Assembly: GCA_964016885.1 (NCBI GenBank)
Contig: OZ024748.1
Span: 16,864,001 to 16,928,000, forward strand
Origin: Eledone cirrhosa
Lineage: Eukaryota
Direction of reading: 5' to 3'
Length of the DNA: 64,000 nucleotides
A model generated the notes under the pieces. The model was not told where the DNA came from. It saw only the letters and a program-made list of their open reading frames with translations, and searched no databases. Position numbers and translations under genes: made by a program. Below, piece by piece: positions 54,266-64,000 of the stretch (positions are counted from its first letter, which is position 1; each line of letters opens with the position of its first letter).

Positions 54266-54900
54266 ATTTTACATCTGCTTTCCATGTTAGCATTGGTGGA
54301 AGAAATTACCTCGTTCTAAAGCTCGACCGATCCGATGACCATCTTCTGTTCAGACAATTCATTTTGGCAAAGTCTCTACAGCTGCCTCTCTACAGTTTTC
54401 TAATGCATGCTATTTTATAGAGTGTACTGGGTGCATTTTATTATGACACCAGCATAGTTACATCCCTTTATGGTCTGAGTTCAAATCCCGCCGAGGTGAA
54501 CTTTGCCTTTCATCCTTACGGGGGTCGATAAAATAAAGTACCAGTAATGCACTGGGTAATTGCTGGCCTTGTGCCGAAAGTAGAAACAATTATTTAACCA
54601 GTACTCCTACTTTAGAGTGTACTGGGTGTGGCACCATTTTACACAATATACTGGATGTGCTTAATCATGTCACCAACACTAGAGAGGTTGTCTTGCTTTT
54701 GACACAAATAAAAAGCCATAGCAGCAGGTGTTATCTCCCCTGTTTGTAGCTATGACTGAACACTCTGAAGGGAAGTTTTGGTTTTGAAATTGCAAGGGGA
54801 GTCTCAGTTGATTTGAAACAGCAGGGTAGAGAGGGTCCTTTGGCCCCATCAAGTAGCTGGCAGTTCTTCTAGTGTTTGTCATACAATAAAATGCCCCTCT

Positions 54901-55183
54901 TAGTACGGCTGATACTTAAATATAAGTATGTATATGTACATACATATATGTATACAGACGTACAGTAGTATGTATATATATACATACATGCACAAATATA
55001 TATATGTATGTATGGGTTTACCGAACATTTATTATAATGTTCGGTTTGTTTGTAATGAAACATCCCGTTTACAAACAAACCGAACATTATAATAAATGTT
55101 ATATATATGTGTGCATGTATGTATATATATATATATACTACTGTACGTCTGTATACATATATGTATGTACGTATACATACTTA
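54901..55183. repeat. Fold-back copy of the 7404 family
   Basis: TAAGTATGTATATGTAC..TTTGTAA / TTACAAACAAACCGAAC..GTATACATACTTA in inverted arrangement. Confidence 0.8.
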
Positions 55184-55372
55184 TATATATATATATATAT
55201 CTCGATGATGATGATAAGGTAGATTGACTTACCATAATGTCATCCATTCTAATTTGTCATAAACTAAATGTCATCTTTGACTGCAATCTATTCATTAACG
55301 ATTTTGAATATATTATATGTATATAGACACATACATATATGCATCTTTTCATACATATATAGATATTCACAT

Positions 55373-55446
<74 letters not shown>

Positions 55447-56365
55447 GTATACTCACACACATATCATCATCATTTTACGTTCGCTTTTCCCTGCTTGCAA
55501 GGGTTGGACATATATATGTATATATATCATTGTTTGTTTAGAATAAATATATAAATATTCCATAGAAATCATTGTACAATGTTTGTTGAAATTTCACACC
55601 AGCAGAGATCATTTATCTCTGAGAATTCCCAAAGTCTTTTAATGTGAGTTGTAAATTCTCTGACAGCAAATGATATTCATCTGTAAGAGAGAAAATACTA
55701 ATCCTGTTATGCATGACAGTTTTGCTTTCAATATTATTTTGCAAATTATTTGGAAATAATGAAAGAATATTCAAGAATATTCAAGCCTTAATGCTTCTTC
55801 ATTCTCAGTATATTTTTCCATCGAAGAGATATTTTGATGCCTGCTGTCATCATTAAAAACGCAAAGTAGCTTATAACGGCAGGTTTGACAACAGCGATGA
55901 CATTATTGATATGCACACCAAAAATAGAGAAAGAATGAGGAAAAATACAAACCAAACATTCCTTCACATTCACATGAAATTTTAAGCAGATTCCGTGCTA
56001 AATTTAAATTGTAAATTTCGGCAGTGACGATGGCGGTGATGTGACAGGGTGGGTGTTTAGGGGGGATATATATATTGTGAAATATTGTTTCTCTGAGAGA
56101 TATATTGTGAGAATTTGATATTCTCTGGGAATAACACATTGGTGTTATTATCATTGGCACTGCCTATCTCTGGATTTGTATATTATTTACTAATATGTCA
56201 CAGCAATTCCATTCCTAATTGGATACACAACCTCACATATCCTCTACCAGTTGAAATAGATATCTTACACTTAACACTGAAAGTTGTTCTTTTTTTCTTC
56301 TTCCAAACTATTATATAATCCTTAATATTCGCAATATAAATATGACAGCGCTGCAGTAACAGTAG

Positions 56366-57527
56366 ATATGTGTGTGTCTGTTTGTGTTTGTTTGTGTTTG
56401 TTTGTGTTTGTTTGTTTGTGTGCATGTGTGTGTGTCTGTGTATGTATGGATGGATGCATGTGTATGTGTGTGAGTGTACGTATGTGTGTATGTATGTATG
56501 TGTGTGCATGTATATATGTATGTATGTATATATATATATATGAACGTGTCTGTGTATGTATGGATGGATGCATGTGTATGTGTGTGAGTGTACGTATGTG
56601 TGTATGTATGTATGTATGTGTGTGCATGTATGTATGTATGTATGTATATATATATATATGAACGTGTCTGTGTATGTATGGATGGATGCCTGTATATGTG
56701 TGAGTGTACGTATGTGTGTATGTATGTACGTATGTGTGTGCATGTATATATGTATGTATGTATATATATATATATATATGAACGTGTGTCTGTGTATGTA
56801 TGGATGGATGCATGTGTATGTGTGTGAGTACGTATGTATGTATGTGTGTGTGCATGTATATATGTATGTATGTATATATATATATATATGAACGTTTGTG
56901 TGCATGTGTGTCTGTGCATGTATGTATGGATGCGTGTGTGTGTGTGTGTGTGTACATATGTGTATGCGTATGTATGTATGTATGTCTGCATGTATATATA
57001 TATATGTATATATATATGAACATATACATGGATGTATGCTGGTGTGTATGTATGTGTGTATGCCTGTGTATGTGTGTATACGTATATGTATGTATGTGTG
57101 TGTATGTGTGTGTATGTGTGTGCATGTATATAGGTAGGTATGTACAGGCACATGTTTGTATGTAAGCATGTGGGCATATGTATGTAAGCATGTGTGAATA
57201 TGTATGTATATATGCATGTGTATGTATGCAGGTGTGTATGTATGTATGCATGTATGTGTGTATATGTATATAAGCATGCATATGTGTGTGTGCATGTATG
57301 TACATGTATATATGTATGCATGTGTGCATATGTATTTATGCAGGTGTATGTATGTATGTGTATGTATGTGTGTACATATGTACGTGTATATGCATGTGTG
57401 TGTGTATGTGTGTACATGTGTATGCACGTATGGATGTGTGCATATGTATGTACGTGTGCATGTGTATGTATGCAGGTGTGTATGTATGCGTATGCATGTA
57501 TGTATGTGTGCATGTATGTGTGCATGT
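56366..57527. repeat. Compound (TG)/(TATG) tract with ~115-bp higher-order units
   Basis: ATGAACGTGTCTGTGTATGTATGGATGGATGC recurs at ~56540, 56658 and 56778, with a diverged unit at 56888. Confidence 0.9.
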
Positions 57528-58028
57528 AATACCAGAAAACACAGGGCATATCCAGTATGATTGCACTTCTCTGGCCACCATGTTTGTATTTTGTCAAGGA
57601 ATGTGGAGGGGTTGTCTGGATCTTGTCATGCTGGTGTATGTTGTAAGTTTTTTGTATCAGTGGAGAAACTCTGTTGATAAATCCTGGAAATGGTTATCAG
57701 CTGTCAAGATAAAGCAATCATTAAGCATGATGTGACAAATGGTAGCAGCATGACTCAACTGAGGAACTTGGGACAGGTCATGTTCTTTTGTTCATTCGTT
57801 CAATATCTTCTAAATGCAAGAATTCAGGTGAATGTGGCCAACAAAACTTGTTTTTCTATTTGGTTGTTGGAATGGCTATGAATTAGCAGCAAAATATCCT
57901 TTAAAAATAAGCAACATCATCCAAATAAAGACATATTACATAAAGGCATCTCAGATCTTCGTCACACTCTTTTAAGGCAGCACCATGACTGAATTGTTAA
58001 GGCATCAGATGAATAGTATTTATTCTGT

Positions 58029-58300
58029 GGAGGTGTGTAGCCTAGTGGTAAGGGTATTGGACTTGGGATCATAATGTCGTGGGTTCGATTCCTGTGCTGA
58101 GTTGTTGTTTTCTGGAGCAAATCACTTCATTTCATGTTGCTCCAGTATACTCAGCTGAAAATGAGTACCAGCTATAAGTGGGGGCTTAACCCTGAGATTG
58201 ACTGGCATCCTGTCCAGGGGAGGTCTTGTACTTTCACCCGCTTCATGCCATGAAGCCGCGATAAGCACTGGCCTTATCAGCCTCCTGGCTTGAGACATTC
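58029..58300 (+). mobile_element. Family-B tRNA-derived SINE
   Basis: GCCTAGTGGTAAGGG A box, GGGTTCGATTCC B box, GAGCAAATCACTTCATTTCATGTTGCTCCAG core. Confidence 0.85.
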
Positions 58301-58475
58301 TTTAGAAAAAATGTTTGTTCTGGTTCAATGCACTGTGAATTCAAATCACGCTGAGGTTAAGTTTACTTTTTCTCCTTTTGAGTTTGATAAAGTAACAGTC
58401 TAGTTTTGGAGTTGGTTCTCTCTCTTTCTCTCTCTCAAGAAGAAGAAATCGACTGTGTTCTGACAGGAGAGTGAT

Positions 58476-59350
58476 TAGCTCTACCAGATTTAAAATGTCC
58501 GAAGACAACACTCCGATGACTCTGAAGAATTACAGTTGTGAGGCCACAGGGTCATATAGATATAATTGTAATATAGAGGATGTCTGGAGTGTAGATTTCA
58601 AATGTCAGTTGTTGAGTATAATTTCTGAACAATATACCAAACTGTATCAGAATGTCTAACATTTAAACTTCAATGAAATACAATTGCTGATGCAAAAGCA
58701 TATACAAATATGCGGAGATATGCTTCGCCACACAATTTCAAATAATCAAACAAAAAATAAACATTTAGTAGATTATAATGCCAAGATCTTAAGGAATGTT
58801 AGCAGATAGATAAACCACTTTTTACATCACGTAAGGCCAGACAATGGTGTATTAATAGGGCAATACCTGATGACTATAATTTCTGATGGAAGCCAGTATA
58901 ACACCTGACCTTTCTTCCTCGCTTCCATCAGAGATTATAGTCATCAGGTATTGCCCTATTAATACACCATTGTCTGGCCTTATGTGATGTAAAAAGTGGT
59001 TTATCTATCTGCTAACATTCCTTAAGATCTTGGCATTATAATCTACTAAATGTTTATTCTTTGTTTGATTAGTTGAAATTGTGTGGTGAAGCATATCTCC
59101 GCATATTTGTATATGCTTTTGCATCAGCAATTGTATTTCATACAAGTTTAAATGTTAGACATTCTGATACAGTATGGTATATTGTTCAGAAATTATACTC
59201 AACAACTGACATTTGAAATCTACACTCCAGGCATCCTCTATATTACAATTATATCTATGTGACCCAGTGGTTAGTGTATTGGGCTCACAACTGTAATTCT
59301 TCAGAGTCATCAGAGTGTTGTCTTCAGACATTTTAAATCTGGTAGAGCTA
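58476..59350. repeat. Long inverted repeat: arms 58476-58893 and 58921-59350, 27-bp spacer
   Basis: The arms are reverse complements throughout, with scattered substitutions and one ~12-bp indel. Confidence 0.97.
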
Positions 59351-59429
59351 TATGGAATTTAATAAATGGTTCCAGAATCTAATTGCAGTTGGTACAAATG
59401 AGAAGTTGAGCAATTATTTATATAATGGC

Positions 59430-59978
59430 ATCACATGACAATCCATCCAGTGCTGGTGCTATAATAAAATGCACCAAGTTCACTCTGTAAAGTGGAAGTA
59501 TTATGCAACAGTAAAATGTGCCAAGTCCACATCATGAAGTGGTAGTAGTGGAGCCAGAAAAGTTTGTAAGTACACTCTGTAATGCAGTAATGTTTTACCA
59601 CAATATAATGTACCCAGTACACTCTGTAATGCAGTAATGTTTGTGCCATGATAAAATGCACCCAGTACACCTTGTACAGAGATAGTGTTGTGCAAGGATA
59701 AAATATACCCTGTAAAATGGTAATGTGTGTTGATAAAATACACCCAGTATGTCCTGCAAAGGTGATGATAAAATAAACCCAGTACAGTTGTAATGCAAGT
59801 ATCATAAAAATACATCCAGTATATAAATATAAGGTGATGGACATTAGAAAAGGCATCCATCCATAGAAACCATGCCAAATATGGAACATAGGATGAGGTC
59901 TCTTTAAGCTGTCTAGTCTTGGAGCCTGAAAACTTGTCCATCTCATGCCAACTTCGAAAGTTGGTTTAAAATGATGAT
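59430..59978 (+). mobile_element. Old RTE 3' UTR with expanded ~45-50-bp subrepeats
   Basis: About 9 degenerate ATAAAATGCACCCAGTACACTCTGTAA units, then TTAGAAAAGGCATCCA..AAAATGATGA. Confidence 0.65.
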
Positions 59979-59995
59979 AAATTATACATGGAGAT

Positions 59996-60282
59996 TACAG
60001 CTTATGCTCAAATATAAGCTGAGGAATATGTGACCAAAAAAGGGGTCATTAGCTTATATTCAGTGTCAATAGTTTGATTTTCACGAACTTCAAATTCTAT
60101 AAAAATATGGTTTGAATTTTTGCCCATTTCTCAAACATAATATAGTGGGGTGTGCTTATATTCAGTGTCAATATTTTGATGATTTTCACCAACTTCAAAT
60201 TCTATGTAAATATGGTTTGAATTTTTGCCCATTTCTCAGACATAATATAGTGGGGTGGGCTTGTATTTGAGTATATTTGGTA
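59996..60282. mobile_element. Degenerate pogo/Tigger-like MITE with an internal ~100-bp duplication
   Basis: Right end GGCTTGTATTTGAGTATATTTGGTA versus left end TATGCTCAAATATAAGC. Confidence 0.5.
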
Positions 60283-60387
60283 AGAATTTCCAGAAACATT
60301 TCATAAAAAGCAATATAAGATTTTTCTAACAAAATCTACCTCAGAAAATGAGAAACCTTCAGGATTCAACTAATATTTGAACACATG

Positions 60388-60523
60388 TATATCTACATAA
60401 AGTACCTGTTATGTACTTGGGTCAATGATATCTACATAAAGTACCTGCTATGTACTTGGGTCAATGATATCTACATAAAGTACCTGTTATGTATTTGTGT
60501 TAATATATCTACATAAAGTACCA
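60388..60523. repeat. 39-bp minisatellite, 3.5 copies
   Basis: ATCTACATAAAGTACC at 60391, 60430, 60469 and 60507. Confidence 0.9.
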
Positions 60524-62863
60524 GGTGTCTCTGTGTGTGTATGTGATGTGCTTATGTAGGTGTCTGCGTGAATGTATGTGTACATGCAATGTGCATACGT
60601 GTGTGTGTGTGTGTGCATATATGTGTGTATATATGGGATGTGTAGGTGTCTGTATGTGTGTGATGTGCATATATAGGTATGTGTATATGCGATGTGCATA
60701 TATTGGTGTCTGTGTGTCATATATTTGTGTGTGTGTGTGTCTGTGTTTCTGTGTGTGTGTCATATATTGGTGTGTGTGTGTGTTTCTGTGTGTCATATAT
60801 TGGTGTGTGTGTGTGTTTCTGTGTGTGTGTGTGTGTGTTTCTGTGTGTGTGTCCAGACATTATTGATTAAAATTTAAGGAAAGATAATCAAACTAAACTT
60901 GGTAAAAGTTTTCTTTAGTAAAAACTGTTAAATTGCATTTATTTCTCAAGTATTGCGATAAAGAATATTCTTCTAGTCTCCAGTTTTAATTGAAAGAGTT
61001 TCCTAATCTTGCCATTCTTTCATTCTTTCATTCTTTCGTTCTGTGGTATTGTTAAGTCTTCAGCTTATCTGTGTTCTGTAGTTTAATAAAGGGAGATGTT
61101 TAGATGCTGTACTATCATGAAACAACACTGGTCAAAGATGGTTGGGTGGATTCTTGCGGGTGGGATGGGCAGAGGGGAGAAGGGAGGGAGAGAGAAGAAA
61201 GAGGCAGATGAGAGAGAGAAGAAAGAGAGGGGGAAAACAAGAGAGGGGGAGAATGAGGAAGAAGGAAAGAGAGAGGGCGATAACAAGAGGGAGGAAAGAG
61301 GCTGAGGGAAGAGAGAGAGAAATAATAAGAGAGAAGTGAGAGGGGGGAGAATGAGGAAGATGGAAAGAGTGGGATAAAAAGAGGGAGGGAGTGAGAGAAG
61401 GAAGAGAGGGAGAGAGGGGAAAAGAGAGACAACTGAACACCCTGCTCATGGCATACACACATATATTACATGTATGTGTGTATGTGTGTGTACCTGTCTA
61501 TCTGTGTGTGTGTGTGTGTGCGTGTGTGTGTGTGTGTGTACCTGTCTATCTGTGTGTGTGTGTGTGTGTACCTGTCTATCTGTGTGTGTGGACAAACCTT
61601 AATTGGTTCCATGGATGAGTATTCCAGTTGTTTGATCTGTGGAACAACCTGCTCCATACACACATACTTACTTACACACACATGCGCGCACATGCGCACA
61701 TACATACATACATGCACACGCACACCTACACACACACACCTACACACACACACACCTACACACACACACCTACACAAACACACACACCTACACAAACACA
61801 CAAACCTACACAAACACAAACCTACACAAACACACAAACCTACCCAAACACACAAACCTACCCAAACACACACACCTACACAAACACACACACCTACACA
61901 AACACACACACCTACACAAACACACAAACCTACACAAACACACACACCTAGACACACACACACACACACCTAGACACACACACACACCTACAAACACACA
62001 CACCTACAAACACACACACCTACAAACACACACACCTACAAACACACGCACCTACAAACACACGCACCTACAAACACACACACATCTACACACGCACACC
62101 TACACAAACACACACACCTAGACACACACACACACACCTACAAACACGCACACCTACAAACACGCACACCTACACACGTACACCTACGCACACACACACA
62201 CACACACACACCTATACACACACATACATAGTTACGTGTGTGTGTGTGTGTCTATTTGTATAGGTCCTCTGTTATTGATGGTGGCAGGCAATGATGGTGG
62301 TGGTGATGTTAATGATGGTTATGATGATGATGATAGCAATAAAGGCAATGATGGTGGTGGTGGTGGCGGTGGTGATGATGGTAGTGGTGGTGGTGGTGAT
62401 GATGGTAGTAGTGGTGATGGTGGTGATGGTGATGATGGTAGTGGTGATGATGGTGGTGATCATGATGATGGCGGTGGCGGTGATGGTGATGGTGGTGGTG
62501 ATGGTGATGATGGTAGTGGTGGTGATGGTGGTAGTGGTGGTGATGGTGGTGATGGGGATGATGGTGGTGATGATGATGATGGTAGTGGTGGTGATGGTGG
62601 TGATGGGGATGATGGTGGTGATCATGATGATGGTGGTGGTGATGGTAGTGGTGGTAGTGGTGGTGATGGTGGTGATCATGATGATGATGGTGGTGGCGGT
62701 GATGGTGATGGTGGTAGTGATGACTGATAGTAGCAATGGTAATGACAATATTGATGACGATGGTAATGGTGGTGGTGATGATGATGATGGAGATGGTAGC
62801 AATGGTGGTGGTGGTGATGACTGATAGTTCCAATGAAAACGACAATGGTAATGATGACAGGTA

Positions 62864-63055
62864 ATAATCGTTTCTACTTTAGGCACAAGGCCAGCAAATA
62901 CCCAGTGTATTACTGGTACTTTATTTTATCGACCCCCGTAAGGATGAAAGGCAAAGTTAACCATGGTGGGATTAGAACTCAGATAGAAAGGGCCGTAACT
63001 CTATGCTGCAAAGCATGATGTCCGATGCTCTACCGATACTGCCAATCCACCGCCG
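62864..63055 (-). mobile_element. Family-A SINE with GGTAATAAT TSD
   Basis: Family-A core flanked by GGTAATAAT on both sides. Confidence 0.9.
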
Positions 63056-63297
63056 CTGGTAATAATAATAATTACCACCGACGATGGTTATAATCATGGT
63101 TATGATGATGATGAGGACTGTGATAGTACCATGGTAATGGTGACAATGATGATAATAATAACAATGACAGTGATGATGATGATGATGGTGGTGGTGACGG
63201 CTGTGATAGTGTCAATGTGTTGTGTAAGAGTACGACAACCCCCTGGTCAGAATGGGCTGGACCACTACATATAAATAGTAGCGGCCTGAGTAGGGTG

Positions 63298-64000
63298 GAC
63301 AAGTTGGTACTAGTTCCACAGTTCATGTGTTGATAGTCAAAGTTGGTACTAGTTCCACAGTTCGTGTGTTGATAGTCAAAGTTGGTACTAGTTCCACAGT
63401 TCGTGTGTTGATAGTCAAAGTTGGTACTAGTTCCACAGTTCATGTGTTGATAGTCAAAGTTGGTACTAGTTCCACAGTTCGTGTGTTGATAGTCGAAGTT
63501 GGTACTGGTTTCACAGTTCTTGTATTGATAGTCAAAGCTGGTACTAGTTTCACAGTTTGTGTGTTGATAGTCAAAGTTGGTACTAGTTCCACAGTTTGTG
63601 TGTTGATAGTCAAAGTTGGTACTGGTTCCACAGTTCGTGTGTTGATAATCAAAGTTGGTACTAGTTCCACAGTTTGTGTGTTGATAGTCAAATTTGGTAC
63701 TAGTTCCACAGTTCGTGTGTTGATAGTCAAAGTTGGTACTAGTTCCACAGTTCGTGTATTGATAGTCAAAGTTGGTACTGGTTCCACAGTTCTTGTGTTG
63801 ATAGTCAAAGTTGGTACTAGTTCCACAGTTCATGTGGTGATAGTCAAAGTTGGTACTAGTTCCACAGGTCATGTGTTGATAGTCAAAGTTGGTACTAGTT
63901 CCACAGTTGGTGTGTTGATAGTCAAAGTTGGTACTAGTTCCACAGTTCGTGTGTTGATAGTCAAAGTTGGTACTAGTTCCACAGTTCATGTGTTGATAGT
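63298..64000. repeat. 39-bp minisatellite, at least 18 copies, running off the window end
   Basis: GTCAAAGTTGGTACTAGTTCCACAGTTCGTGTGTTGATA; the minus frame reads (TNCGTSTNFDYQH)n. Confidence 0.97.

Noticed and set aside
55560-56330. Complex non-repetitive stretch with short ORFs (similar stretches at 25700-26100, 31800-32350 and 57530-57860)
   Set aside because: No motif recognised; could be UTR or decayed transposon and needs BLASTx
63298-64000. CRISPR-like 39-bp repeats
   Set aside because: Units are head-to-tail with no unique spacers

Overview
AT-rich, repeat-saturated animal DNA that is intergenic or deep intronic. The SINE and LINE families and the extreme microsatellite load resemble octopus/coleoid genomes, but that is an inference. 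I cannot support any host protein-coding gene; nearly all long ORFs are translations of simple repeats. Retroelements: 5'-truncated non-LTR fragments of several clades (RTE, R4/Dong, CRE-like, HERO-like), about 23 copies of a tRNA-derived Nin/Deu-type SINE, and a second SINE family. One RTE is young with an uninterrupted ORF end, and another has a 5' inversion. DNA elements: three non-autonomous Helitrons, one retaining fused Rep and PIF1-helicase remnants, and piggyBac-, mariner- and pogo-type MITEs. The most notable structural signals are: (i) at least 8 minimal type-I hammerhead ribozyme (HHR) motifs of Penelope type, including a ~600-bp non-coding element with two different hammerheads in opposite polarities (42190-42780); (ii) a 141-bp hairpin-containing tandem array whose interior is inverted relative to both flanks (15794-16943); (iii) an 875-bp near-perfect inverted duplication of complex sequence (58476-59350); (iv) several fold-back palindromes in (TA)n tracts; (v) a 39-bp minisatellite that keeps one reading frame open (63298-64000). 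All calls were made by eye, so coordinates may be off by a few bases.
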